32,000 bases of DNA from Candidatus Brocadia sp. (lineage in GTDB: Bacteria > Planctomycetota > Brocadiia > Brocadiales > Brocadiaceae). This document shows positions 1 through 8,852 of this stretch, one piece after another; the first letter of the stretch is position 1, and each line of letters starts with the position of its first letter. The notes beneath the pieces are model-generated. The model worked only from the letters and a program-made list of their open reading frames with translations. It was not told where the DNA came from and made no database searches. The translations under genes were made by a program, and so were the position numbers. The stretch lies in contig CP091279.1 in NCBI GenBank assembly GCA_021650915.1, forward strand, positions 2,610,001-2,642,000, given 5' to 3'.

Positions 1-601
1 TCTCCTTTCCATACCTGCTGAGCCATCGTTGTATTAACCATTCAGGATGGCTATAATTCATTGCCAGATAGGAAGAGAGCGCTTCGTCAGGACTGGGGAA
101 TAGGGGGACGTGGAAGGTACACCAGGTGTTCTCCCGCCGGTACAGGGCCTTCCGCGGGTCGGTAATTTCTGATGCCGGTGCGGATTTCTTCTGAATGCTG
201 CGTTCAATGGATCGCAGAACTGCGTTGGTGAATCTGGTGGCATCGGTACGGCGGGTCAATTTTTTTACCAGTTCGACCGATGTGTTTACCGCTGCCGAAG
301 AGGGGATTCTGTCCAAAAAGATGATCTGATAGAGACCGAGCCGCAGGGCATAGATGATCCAGGGCTCTATTCTGGCAAGCGGAATTTTTGAGAAAGAGGA
401 AATGATGGTGTCAAGGGTTAAACGGTGGCGGATAACGCCATTTGTCAATTCGGTAAGGAGTCCTTTGTCCCGTTCAGACAGATCGCCGCGTGAACATCTC
501 TCGGAGAGTAATTCCCGGGCAAAAACCTCCTGTTCATCAATTGCCCTCAGGATACGAATAGCTTCATGGCGGACGTTTGTCTCAGGTGAGGAATTTTTCA
601 A
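1..601 (-). CDS. rsmB: 16S rRNA m5C967 methyltransferase RsmB/Sun, N-terminal NusB-like part (leaves the window at position 1)
   Basis: This ORF is not in the track because it has no ATG and runs off the window. My minus-strand translation from ~601 reads (L)KNSSPETNVRHEAIRILRAIDEQEVFARELLSERCSRGDLSERDKGLLTELTNGVIRHRLTLDTIISSF...SSAAVNTSVELVKK...YSHPEWLIQRWLSRYGKE, which is RsmB N-domain-like. An in-frame TAA just upstream leaves only TTG 601..599 as a possible start. The position after def-fmt-DUF116 is the usual one for rsmB. Confidence 0.7.
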   Translation of the reverse strand, partial: MKNSSPETNVRHEAIRILRAIDEQEVFARELLSERCSRGDLSERDKGLLTELTNGVIRHRLTLDTIISSFSKIPLARIEPWIIYALRLGLYQIIFLDRIPSSAAVNTSVELVKKLTRRTDATRFTNAVLRSIERSIQKKSAPASEITDPRKALYRRENTWCTFHVPLFPSPDEALSSYLAMNYSHPEWLIQRWLSRYGKE

Positions 602-1025
602 TCGCCTCTTTTACCTCGTCCAGATATACGTCTGTATCCTTGCAATATCCGTGAGGCCTGAGATTGGGTACCGCAAATATTGCCTTCGACATGGCTGCCA
701 TCAGACCCGTCCTGAGTTCCTTTTCGCAGGCAATCGCAATTACCCCGTGGATATCTTCATCCATCACCCTCTGAAGGGCGGCGCGTCCCCCGCTGGCAAG
801 GGTAATATGAACCCCGTACTTTTCAGAAAATTCTATCAGGTCTTTGACTTTGCATTTCCCGCAGCGCTTGCATTCATTCAAATCGTTTTTCACATTCTGC
901 TTGCACTGAGAACTCTGAATGCAATGGGGGAATAAAATCAGCAAATTTTTCGGAGAACATTTTTTCTTCCGAAACTTCATCATGAGGTTATTGATAGAAA
1001 CGACTTTTTTATCAATAAATTCCAT
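582..1025 (-). CDS. DUF116-family Cys-rich protein
   Basis: The 147-aa ORF contains CKRCGKCKV and a C-terminal part that I recognise as DUF116. It lies between fmt and rsmB, as DUF116 genes often do. Confidence 0.7.
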   Translation of the reverse strand: MEFIDKKVVSINNLMMKFRKKKCSPKNLLILFPHCIQSSQCKQNVKNDLNECKRCGKCKVKDLIEFSEKYGVHITLASGGRAALQRVMDEDIHGVIAIACEKELRTGLMAAMSKAIFAVPNLRPHGYCKDTDVYLDEVKEAIEKFLT

Positions 1026-1085
1026 AGTACCTGCCTTTGTGTAAATGGTAAAAGATTATTTTTTTGCCGCAGAAAAGATCCGGAC

Positions 1086-2045
1086 TTACGGCACAAACAT
1101 ATCCCCACCGCGTATCTTATGACCCCGTATATATTCCTGGGCATCCATTACGCGTTTACCCTCCGGTTGCAATTGGGTAATACAAATAACGCCGTCCTTT
1201 GTTGCAACATGGATCCCACAGGGGGCAATTTCCTGTATCATGCCGGGATTGAGCGGTGGTTTCGTTTTTGATACATCGTGAATCTGCGTCTTTTGTATAA
1301 GGATTCTTGCTTTTTCCTGAGAATCGTTTTTGAGAAAATAAGCATGCGCCCCGGGGGCGGGTGTCATTCCCCGTATCTGGTTATGAATTTTTTGCGTCTC
1401 GTGGGACCACAAAATGAATCCGTCCTCTTTTTTTAATTTCGGAGCAAAGGATACGCCCTGTTCGTCCTGGGGTGTATACGTGGCCTTTCCCGTTTCGATG
1501 AGACGCAGGGCGTCAAGCAAAAGCTCCGCCCCCATTACCGACAGTCTTTTTTCAAGTGCTCCTGCGTTTTCGTCCGACGATAGCGGCGTTGTTTTTTGAG
1601 CAATCATATCGCCGGCATCCATCCTGGCAGTCATAACTACGGCGGTAACTCCGGTGATAGTTTCCCCTTGTATGATTGCCCAATTAATCGGGGCGGCCCC
1701 GCGGTATTTTGGCAATAAGGATGCGTGAATATTCAGGCACCGGTATCGCGGAAGCTGAAGGATTGCATTGGACAAAAACTGGCCAAAGGCAACAACGACG
1801 ATACATTCGGGTGCAATGTCCCTGAGGTGTTTCACTACCGGTTCATCATTGACGTTAACAGGCTGCAGGATTGCGAGCCCCCGCTCCAGCGCCTTTTCCT
1901 TTACGGACGATGGACTCGGGGTCTTGCTTCTGCCCCTGGGCCTGTCCGGCTGCGTAACGACCGCGCGGATTTTATGTGATGACGTTGCCAAGGAGCATAA
2001 ACTGGGAACGGCAAACTCAGGTGTCCCCATAAAGACGACATTCAT
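1086..2045 (-). CDS. fmt: methionyl-tRNA formyltransferase
   Basis: The 319-aa ORF starts MNVVFMGTPEFAVPSL and contains HASLLPKYRGAAPINWAI. It lies downstream of def. Confidence 0.95.
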   Translation of the reverse strand: MNVVFMGTPEFAVPSLCSLATSSHKIRAVVTQPDRPRGRSKTPSPSSVKEKALERGLAILQPVNVNDEPVVKHLRDIAPECIVVVAFGQFLSNAILQLPRYRCLNIHASLLPKYRGAAPINWAIIQGETITGVTAVVMTARMDAGDMIAQKTTPLSSDENAGALEKRLSVMGAELLLDALRLIETGKATYTPQDEQGVSFAPKLKKEDGFILWSHETQKIHNQIRGMTPAPGAHAYFLKNDSQEKARILIQKTQIHDVSKTKPPLNPGMIQEIAPCGIHVATKDGVICITQLQPEGKRVMDAQEYIRGHKIRGGDMFVP

Positions 2046-2143
2046 TGTTTAATAGACCCGCCTCTGTTTGAAGGACTCGCTTTCTCTCTTGCCGAATCTT
2101 ATTGATTAGGACTTCCGCAACTTTTTCATCTGTCTTTATGCAG

Positions 2144-2180
2144 ATTCTGAGCAAAGCGAAGAATTCTGGTTTAAAATTCC
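2144..2180. repeat. short intergenic repeat (family B), ATTCTGAGCAAAGCGAAGAAT followed by TTTAAAATTCC
   Basis: The 21-nt core recurs inverted at 7418..7438 with one mismatch. It sits in the 146-bp def-fmt spacer. Confidence 0.6.
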
Positions 2181-2191
2181 CCGACATGACA

Positions 2192-2704
2192 TTACACGGA
2201 AACCCTGGCGCCTTTATAGAGCCGCTCGAACTCTTTTAATTGGTGAGATATCGCCAGTCGGTTTGAAGGGCTCATCTTGTCAATAAAAAGATCTCCGTTA
2301 AGATGGTCTAATTCGTGCTGCCATGCGCGAGCAGCCAGCCCCTCGGCCTCGATTTCTACTTTTTGCCCTTTCAGGGTATACGCCTCCGCCCTGATCCGCT
2401 GCGCCCGGATAATCCTGCTGGTAATGCCAGGAAAACTTAAACAACCCTCCTCTTTATTCAACTCACCGTCGTCTTCAATAATAACGGGGTTGATAAACAC
2501 CTTTTCATCGCAGCGCGTTCCTTCAACGTCAATAATAAAAAGACGAACAGACCACCCTACCTGCGGCGCTGCAAGGCCAACACCCTGCGCCTGGTGCATC
2601 AATTCCATCATTTCTTCCGCTTTCCTGCATACCTCCCGGTTGATTTCTGTAAGGGGTTTTGCCTTTGAGCGAAGCACAGGGTCAGGATAAAAGACAATAT
2701 TCAT
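2192..2704 (-). CDS. def: peptide deformylase
   Basis: The three deformylase motifs GVGLAAPQVG, EGCLSFPG and HELDHLNG are present. Confidence 0.95.
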   Translation of the reverse strand: MNIVFYPDPVLRSKAKPLTEINREVCRKAEEMMELMHQAQGVGLAAPQVGWSVRLFIIDVEGTRCDEKVFINPVIIEDDGELNKEEGCLSFPGITSRIIRAQRIRAEAYTLKGQKVEIEAEGLAARAWQHELDHLNGDLFIDKMSPSNRLAISHQLKEFERLYKGARVSV

Positions 2705-2975
2705 GAATATAATTGTTCGTCTAACGTATTGAAATTCCTTAATCCGGGGAATGGAAAAAGAAGGTTTTCCTCAGTAACGTTCTGGCAAGGCAGAACCGTT
2801 TTTCAATAAAATCTGGTTGCAGGCTTTAGGAATTCAGTTAAATCCTGGCCCTTTTCTTGCGGCTATCTTTACCAGGGAAGACAAATCGCGAACACAGAGT
2901 TGTCGTCGGTAAAGGATAAATATACTAAAAAAGCCTGAAGAATGCAAGTTTCTTTCGCCTTCCGGTGTTTTCCTG

Positions 2976-3004
2976 TTGACTTTGCGCCATAAATTACATA
3001 CATT
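2976..3004 (+). promoter_or_regulatory. candidate sigma70-type promoter for rpsT
   Basis: TTGACT at 2976..2981, a 17-nt spacer, and TACATT at 2999..3004. An AAAGGAG Shine-Dalgarno at 3056..3062 precedes the ATG at 3072. Confidence 0.35.
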
Positions 3005-3071
3005 ATAAACTTTAATTCCCGCATGACACGGACTATTGTATTTATTCATTTAGCTAAAGGAGCGCCATACT

Positions 3072-3356
3072 ATGCCTACCATGAAATCAGCCAAAAAAAG
3101 GCTCAGGCAAAACATAAAACAGAATTTAAGGAACCGAGATTGTCGGTCTGCATTGAAAACGCAGATAAAGAAATTTTTAGGCGTCGCAAAAGAAGGAAAG
3201 GTACAGGCGGCAGAAGAGGAGCTCCGGCTTACGGTGAAAAAATTAGATAAAGCTGCCGCTAAGGGGATTTTGCACAAGAATACTGCAAGCAGAAAAAAGT
3301 CGCGTTTCACAACGAAGCTGAATCAGATGAAGGCCGCAGCCCAGCAAAAAAACTAA
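3072..3356 (+). CDS. rpsT: 30S ribosomal protein S20
   Basis: MPTMKSAKKRLRQNIKQNLRNR... is basic, 94 aa long and S20-like. A good Shine-Dalgarno lies upstream. Confidence 0.95.
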   Translation: MPTMKSAKKRLRQNIKQNLRNRDCRSALKTQIKKFLGVAKEGKVQAAEEELRLTVKKLDKAAAKGILHKNTASRKKSRFTTKLNQMKAAAQQKN

Positions 3357-4292
3357 TTATCTCCGAAGCAATGCCTTGAGATGGGATTCAATACAGAGCG
3401 GAAGCGCTGATAGGTGATAACCACCCTCAAGGCATGATACAATCCTGCCATGACAATACTTGTCTGCTGCTTTCATAACAATTTCTGTCAGCGTCCCGAA
3501 GTCTTCAGTTGTTAAGTTTAACCCACCGATGGGGTCTTTTTCATAGGTGTCAAAACCCGCTGAAATGAGGATAAATTCCGGCAAAAACGAAGCAGTGCAC
3601 GTGTCCATAGCATTCGCAAATAACTCCAGATATTTTTTTGATTGCGTATCTGCCGAAAGGGGTATGTTGAGAGTATATCCCTTGCCTTTCCCCTGCCCGG
3701 TTTCTTCCTTCCTGCCGGAACCGGGGTAAAACGGGTAGCGGTGCAGGGAGCAATAGAATACCGCTGGATCCTGATAAAAGGCGTCCTGGGTGCCGTTGCC
3801 GTGATGAACGTCCCAGTCGACAACGAGAACCCTTTCCAGCCGATATTTCGACCGGAGGTATTGTGCCGCAATGGCGGCATTATTAAAGAGGCAAAAGCCC
3901 ATACCGCGAGATGGTGTTGCGTGGTGGCCTGGCGGGCGTATGAGGCAAAAGGCGTTTTCTTCTTCACCCGTCATGATCAGGTCTATGGCCGTTAATGGCG
4001 CCCCTGCTGCATGAAGAGCGGCATCATATGATGCCGCGGAAACCACAGTATCTGCATCCAGCCATCCCCCGCCAGTATCTGCAAATTTTTTTACGGTTTC
4101 AATATAGGCCTGGGGATGAATGAGTTCAACTTCTTCTATCGATGCAGCGCGTGGTTTCTCTATCCGAAACTGTTTCCACTGGTTGCTTTGCCGGAGATGT
4201 GATACGGTATTCTCCAGCCTTCTGGCATTTTCAGGGTGGCCGTGTCCCGTGTCGTGGCGCAAGAAAATATCATCATAGATCAGTAAGGTCAT
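3357..4292 (-). CDS. histone deacetylase-family amidohydrolase (HDAC/AcuC-like)
   Basis: Contains RPPGHHA, VVDWDVHHGNGTQ, SAGFD and EGGY motifs. Confidence 0.9.
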   Translation of the reverse strand: MTLLIYDDIFLRHDTGHGHPENARRLENTVSHLRQSNQWKQFRIEKPRAASIEEVELIHPQAYIETVKKFADTGGGWLDADTVVSAASYDAALHAAGAPLTAIDLIMTGEEENAFCLIRPPGHHATPSRGMGFCLFNNAAIAAQYLRSKYRLERVLVVDWDVHHGNGTQDAFYQDPAVFYCSLHRYPFYPGSGRKEETGQGKGKGYTLNIPLSADTQSKKYLELFANAMDTCTASFLPEFILISAGFDTYEKDPIGGLNLTTEDFGTLTEIVMKAADKYCHGRIVSCLEGGYHLSALPLCIESHLKALLRR

Positions 4293-4432
4293 AACCTTTT
4301 AACCGGAATTCGATTCTTCGCGCGTCATGGCAGGATGGGTGTCCTGCAGAGACAGGCAGAAATGCATTGATAAGATTACATCGCGATAGAGAAGAGGAAA
4401 GCAAGTATGAAAGACGAGAACTACCCTGACGA

Positions 4433-4984
4433 TTATTTCAGGGTATAACTCTTCCCAAACATCTCTATGCCAAACCACTTTCCTTCTGAACCAAGGAGTA
4501 ATTTTCCTTTGCCAGTAATCAGCAAGAACAATATGAGGAGAGGAAACAGAACGGGAAGCGCAATAATAAGGACGGAGAGCGTAACAAAGACCGCGGGAAT
4601 GAACGCAAGGAGCACGAGTGTCAGTAAAGGGAAGACCAGCATGCAGACAATAACAAGGAGGCTTAAGGCGAATACCAACACCGGAGGGAAGATGAAAACC
4701 GATAATAATCCCCAAAAGCCTTTTCCAAAAAAACCGGAGATCTTTTTGTCAAATACAAATACTCCGCCGCTCACATATTTCCCCATTTCATCCCGGGTCT
4801 CTCCAGAGATTTCTTCCGGTGGTTTTTCAGGGATGGGCTCTTCCCGCTTGGGTTGTTCTTTTGCCGGAGGTGTTTCCTCAGGTGTCGCAGATTGAATATT
4901 TGCCGGGGCGCTTTCCGGGTCGTTTTTCTTCGGAAGTTCTTCTTCAACCCCCTTTTTCTTTAGTATTTTTTTCCATATTGCCAT
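4433..4984 (-). CDS. hypothetical membrane protein with a Pro/Glu/Lys-rich N-terminus and hydrophobic C-terminal half
   Basis: The ORF track gives 4433..5074. I chose the internal start MAIWKK at 4984 because the longer form overlaps ispF by 65 nt. I recognise no family. Confidence 0.55.
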   Translation of the reverse strand: MAIWKKILKKKGVEEELPKKNDPESAPANIQSATPEETPPAKEQPKREEPIPEKPPEEISGETRDEMGKYVSGGVFVFDKKISGFFGKGFWGLLSVFIFPPVLVFALSLLVIVCMLVFPLLTLVLLAFIPAVFVTLSVLIIALPVLFPLLILFLLITGKGKLLLGSEGKWFGIEMFGKSYTLK

Positions 4985-5009
4985 GGTATAACTGCCTTGT
5001 CCTTTACAA

Positions 5010-5486
5010 TTACCGTTCCTCGCATAAACTTGCAATGGCCTGGGCTGCAATAGCTTCACCACGGCCAATGGCATCTATGCCTTCCATCGTTGTCGCCTTG
5101 ATATTGACCCTGCCGGCATCCACGCAGAGCCATTCCGCTATATTTTTTTTCATCTCTAACTTTTTTTGTCCAAGCTTCGGTTTTTGGGCAAGGATCATAA
5201 CGTCTACATTGTTAACCTTGTACTGGCGTTCTTTCAAAAGGTCGGCAACCTTTACAAGAAACACCTTGCTGGAGACCCCTTTCCATTTCTGGTCCGTATC
5301 CGGGAAGTGTTCTCCGATGTCACCAAGCGCTGCCGCACCGAGCAATGCATCACATACGGCATGGAGCACGACATCGGCGTCCGAATGACCGAGCAATCCC
5401 CGATGGTAATCAAACTCAACACCGCCCAGCACCAACCTGCGGTTTTCAACGAGTTTATGAATATCGTATCCTATTCCAAACCGCAT
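5010..5486 (-). CDS. ispF: 2-C-methyl-D-erythritol 2,4-cyclodiphosphate synthase
   Basis: MRFGIGYDIHKL...GHSDADVVLHAVCDALLGAAALGDIGEHFPD. Confidence 0.95.
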   Translation of the reverse strand: MRFGIGYDIHKLVENRRLVLGGVEFDYHRGLLGHSDADVVLHAVCDALLGAAALGDIGEHFPDTDQKWKGVSSKVFLVKVADLLKERQYKVNNVDVMILAQKPKLGQKKLEMKKNIAEWLCVDAGRVNIKATTMEGIDAIGRGEAIAAQAIASLCEER

Positions 5487-5520
5487 CTGATTTCTGTTAA
5501 ACGACGACGTCCCGTTCCTC

Positions 5521-7266
5521 TTAGTTCAAACCGCTTTTCCGCATGAGGCTCTTTACATTTTCCAATAAGGCGTCCACTTCGGACACCTGGCGCACCGTCT
5601 CTTCGCGTTCTGTCCAGCGGAGGTCGCGGTATGAAGAAATATTGTTGCTAATGTCCTCAATCACGCGATCAATCGCCTTGTTTATCTCGAATTTCATAAA
5701 CTCGACAAATCGCTCGCAGATGGCGTCGGTCCGCTTGATGAATTCATTGCGGAACGCCTTTCTCCTCTGAGGAAAAATGGCGAGCCCAATAAATGCCAGC
5801 GCCACGGCAATTCCAATGGGCACCGGAGGAGGTATCAGCCATGAGAGCACCATGGTAGCTGCAACGCCAATACCGATGGCGCACGCTTCTGTCAGTAAAA
5901 AACTGATAAACCCCGTCTGTACCGTGCTGTTTAGCCTCTCTGCCTCACGTTCAATATCCATTTCTCTGAATTCGCGGGAACGCGACTTCAGGGCAATTTC
6001 AATCTCATGCTTCCGGTCATCATAGTGCCGCTCCGCATGTCCATCAAGGACGTTTCCGGCCCGGCGGTCGTATCCAACCTCCTTTTCAATATGGTCGCGC
6101 GCCAAATCCCACAATGAACGATTGTTTCGCGCAACATAATCCACCATATCGTCGATAATCCGGTCCAGGTCTGTTTGCGGGTTGAGCAGTCCGTACACCT
6201 CCCGCTTAAACCGTTCTTCAATCTTTTCCCGCCCCACCTTCGAAAGAACAACGGATTTCATCGTAATATAGGAATTCAGGAAGTTGTCCAGCTTTTCTTT
6301 TAACCGCGAGAATACGAGTTTGATTTCATCCCGGTATTTCAGGGTGTACTCCTGCATGTCCTGCTTTTTATTCTTCAGCCGCGTTTCAAACCGTTCAATA
6401 CTTTTAATGTCGGTATTGCACTTATTGACCTTTTCGCTGAGATTTTGATGCAGGTCGTGAAACACATTATGAAGGTATTTTAATGGACTGACCAGCTTGA
6501 AATCAATCTTTGTGTCGAGATCGAGCTTGTCAAAGACAAACATTTCAACCTCTTTGATTCTACTTTTCTCCAGAAGCTGGATATCATTTTCAACCTTTGC
6601 CCGGTATGCGTCCTTCGCAGACACCTGTAAGATCTTAGGCTCGAAACCCAGCAACCGGTAGCAGTTCTTTTCCAGGAAGGATACAATCTCATTCAGCTCT
6701 TCCGGCGACTTCAGGTCGATCTTGTTGAGAATAAACAGTACCTTTCGTCCCCATTTTCCCTTCAAAAATTGCAGGAATTGCCGTTCGCTCTCCGTAAAGG
6801 GATGGTCTGATGAAGTGACAAAGAGCACCAGTTCCGCCCGGTGCACAAAACTTTCCGTTAATGCGGCATGTTCCACGATGATTGAATTTGTTCCGGGGGT
6901 GTCAACCAGGGTAACATTTTTTAGCGATTCCATTGGATAGGTTGCCTGACACAAATGGTCGCCCACTTCCTTCACTTCAACCTTCTCGCCGTACGTCAGC
7001 AAGGTGATCCGGTTGGTCGTGGGCGTCGGGCCGTCCTGCAAGACGTGCTCCCCGCACATGGCATTGATAAAACTGGATTTCCCTGAATTGTATTCACCCG
7101 CCACCAGGAGATAAAAGGGCTCCTCCAGCTGGGTGCGCATTTCAACGACCTTTTTTTCCATCTCGGAGGCGCCAATCCGCTCAAAAAACTTTTTCGAGTT
7201 GTCCAGGAGGTTTACCACTTCGGGAAAAATGTCTCTATGCTTTGCCTTAGCCGTTATCGTTAACAT
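5521..7266 (-). CDS. bacterial dynamin-like GTPase with a C-proximal membrane hairpin
   Basis: G1 GEYNSGKSSFINA, G3 DTPGTNS and G4 NKIDL motifs are present, followed by long helical regions. Two hydrophobic segments (GFISFLLTEACAIGIGVAATMVLSWLI / IGIAVALAFIGLAIF) lie near the C-terminus. Confidence 0.85.
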   Translation of the reverse strand: MLTITAKAKHRDIFPEVVNLLDNSKKFFERIGASEMEKKVVEMRTQLEEPFYLLVAGEYNSGKSSFINAMCGEHVLQDGPTPTTNRITLLTYGEKVEVKEVGDHLCQATYPMESLKNVTLVDTPGTNSIIVEHAALTESFVHRAELVLFVTSSDHPFTESERQFLQFLKGKWGRKVLFILNKIDLKSPEELNEIVSFLEKNCYRLLGFEPKILQVSAKDAYRAKVENDIQLLEKSRIKEVEMFVFDKLDLDTKIDFKLVSPLKYLHNVFHDLHQNLSEKVNKCNTDIKSIERFETRLKNKKQDMQEYTLKYRDEIKLVFSRLKEKLDNFLNSYITMKSVVLSKVGREKIEERFKREVYGLLNPQTDLDRIIDDMVDYVARNNRSLWDLARDHIEKEVGYDRRAGNVLDGHAERHYDDRKHEIEIALKSRSREFREMDIEREAERLNSTVQTGFISFLLTEACAIGIGVAATMVLSWLIPPPVPIGIAVALAFIGLAIFPQRRKAFRNEFIKRTDAICERFVEFMKFEINKAIDRVIEDISNNISSYRDLRWTEREETVRQVSEVDALLENVKSLMRKSGLN

Positions 7267-7326
7267 AAAAATGAACTACCCGCACGTTAAATGAGCGATA
7301 TTAAAAGCAAGATGAGGGTTCGCTTG

Positions 7327-7400
7327 AATTAGACCTTCGGCGACTTTCTCGATGTAAAGCGACGAGACTCGCCGCTCTACAACCACAACTTTGAAATTCC
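7327..7400. repeat. 74-nt intergenic hairpin repeat (family A), copy 1
   Basis: It aligns without gaps to the reverse complement of 14163..14236, with 9 mismatches in 74 by my count. It contains the imperfect palindrome GTAAAGCGACGAG-A-CTCGCCGCTCTAC and ends in TTTGAAATTCC. Confidence 0.8.
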
Positions 7401-7417
7401 TTGTATACATAGATCAG

Positions 7418-7499
7418 ATTCTTCGCTCTGCTCAGAATGACAACTGGTGTTCTTCTGAGGCGCGATGCGCCCGGAGAATCTCAAACTTTCGGAATTCCC
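7418..7499. repeat. family B core (inverted copy) plus a second GC hairpin, ending in GGAATTCC
   Basis: 7418..7438 is the reverse complement of 2144..2164 with one mismatch. 7453..7478 (TTCTGAGGCGCGATGCGCCCGGAGAA) is an imperfect palindrome. Confidence 0.6.
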
Positions 7500-7558
7500 T
7501 GCCAGTGCATATTAGTCACGATGTTAACAGTTTTTGTAGTGCAAGTCAAACTTTTCTT

Positions 7559-7942
7559 TTAAGCGCAAAAGGCGATGGCCTCTATCTCTACGCCGGCGTC
7601 TCTGGGCAGCCTTGCCGCCTGAACTGTGGTTCTGGCGGGAGGTTTATTCGAAAAAAATTCCTGGTAAACCGCATTGATTGTCACATAGTCATTCAGGTCT
7701 TTCATAAAAATCGTCGTCTTTACCACCTTGTCCGGAGATGATCCCGCAGCTTCCAGGACGCATTTCAGATTTTCCAATACCTGCCGTGTCTGTGCCCTGA
7801 TATCACCCTGCACGATTTCTCCTGTTACAGGGTGTAAGGGGATCTGCCCCGACAAAAACACCATATTCCCCATCCTGATTGCCTGAGAATACGGACCAAT
7901 TGCCGCAGGGGCATTGTTCGTTGCTATAACGGTCTTTTCCAT
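7559..7942 (-). CDS. ridA: RidA/YjgF-family reactive-intermediate deaminase
   Basis: 127 aa, with APAAIGPYSQAI...VFLSGQIP...ARTTVQAARLPRDAGVEIEAIA. Confidence 0.9.
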   Translation of the reverse strand: MEKTVIATNNAPAAIGPYSQAIRMGNMVFLSGQIPLHPVTGEIVQGDIRAQTRQVLENLKCVLEAAGSSPDKVVKTTIFMKDLNDYVTINAVYQEFFSNKPPARTTVQAARLPRDAGVEIEAIAFCA

Positions 7943-8086
7943 TTCAGCCTCCCTTTGAAAAGATTTTTCCGGCGTAACGCCTTAAGCAGAAAGTGTCATT
8001 GTAGCTTGTGTCACGCTCGGTGGTCAAGCATGTAAAAGCAATACCACGGGCGGTCCTGGTCTGTACGGTTTGCCTGATTCCCCCGC

Positions 8087-8115
8087 TTGCATTTTTTACC
8101 TTTTGTCGGTATTAT
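8087..8115 (+). promoter_or_regulatory. candidate sigma70-type promoter
   Basis: TTGCAT, a 17-nt spacer and TATTAT, located ~235 nt upstream of the DUF2141 gene. This is a sequence match only. Confidence 0.25.
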
Positions 8116-8231
8116 GCATTTTGTATTCTTCTGGGTTAACGCCTCATACCCGTATGAGTAGTCTGGTTTATTCGACTATGAGCAGGAATTTCGTTTTCTG
8201 AAGAGAGTCTCTGTTCGGAAATGCTGCTCTT

Positions 8232-8263
8232 GTAGGAGCGGGTTTTAAACCTACTCCTCCTAC
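8232..8263. repeat. degenerate GTAGG..GGTTT/AAACC..CCTAC hairpin (family C)
   Basis: GTAGGAGCGGGTTTTAAACCTACTCCTCCTAC is related to the cleaner palindrome at 25172..25200. Confidence 0.45.
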
Positions 8264-8351
8264 GGTGTGCAATACCCTGTTTTTACAGGAAGTTTTCGAA
8301 AGGCGAGATTGTTACAACCATAGTAATCTTTTAATAGGATGGTGAAAGGAC

Positions 8352-8852
8352 ATGAACAGCATTTCTTTAAAGCGAAAAGAAGCAGGGAGGCATGGAAAAA
8401 GCGTCCCTTTTTTAGCAGGGCTGCTATCGGCCATTTTTTCATTTCATCTGTATGCTGGTGATGTGATTGTTACCGTAGACAGATTTACCGATATCGGGAA
8501 CAAAGCCCCCGTGCGTTTTTCCATCTGTGATAGCAACGAATGTCACAGGAAAAAAGATAAGGGCTATGTGGATATCGAGGCACACCTTATCGAACAAAGA
8601 GATCATGTCAGGAGATACAAGATTACCATAGCGGCGCCCGGAGAGTACTCGCTTTCTGCTTATCACGATCTGAATAACAACGGTATGTTGGAACGGAGCG
8701 GTATCCTGGGAATACCAAAGGAGCCGATCGGTTTTTCAAGGCTTGACCTGGATAAAATACAGCGGCATCCCAAATGGGATGAGGTCAAATTTACCGTGAG
8801 TAAGCAAGAGACGTCGGTCAATGTCCATCTGGTAAACCGGTTCGGGTTGTAA
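8352..8852 (+). CDS. DUF2141-family secreted protein
   Basis: An N-terminal signal-like segment is followed by HDLNNNGMLERSGILGIPKEPIGFS, which I recall as the DUF2141 signature. Confidence 0.75.
   Translation: MNSISLKRKEAGRHGKSVPFLAGLLSAIFSFHLYAGDVIVTVDRFTDIGNKAPVRFSICDSNECHRKKDKGYVDIEAHLIEQRDHVRRYKITIAAPGEYSLSAYHDLNNNGMLERSGILGIPKEPIGFSRLDLDKIQRHPKWDEVKFTVSKQETSVNVHLVNRFGL

Noticed and set aside
354-935. 193-aa plus-strand ORF
   Set aside because: It is entirely antisense to the rsmB N-terminus and the DUF116 gene, both of which have recognisable family motifs. Its sequence is low in complexity and has no motifs.
3354-3359. Zero-nucleotide spacing between the convergent rpsT and deacetylase stops, and the 6-nt convergent overlap of the epimerase and ogg at 10247..10252
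   Set aside because: I checked these for hidden terminators or shared hairpins and saw none. Tight convergent packing is unremarkable in compact genomes.
4985-5074. Longer start (5074) for the membrane protein
   Set aside because: It would overlap ispF by 65 nt, and the added 30 residues are not hydrophobic or conserved-looking. The MAIWKK start at 4984 fits the gene spacing.
7267-7558. Possible CRISPR-like or tandem array, because several hairpin units lie side by side
   Set aside because: The units are different sequences (family A, family B and a GC hairpin). They are not a single repeat at regular spacing, and no cas genes are present.
7391-7741. 116-aa plus-strand ORF
   Set aside because: It begins in the intergenic repeats (ILRSAQNDN comes from the family B unit) and continues antisense to ridA.
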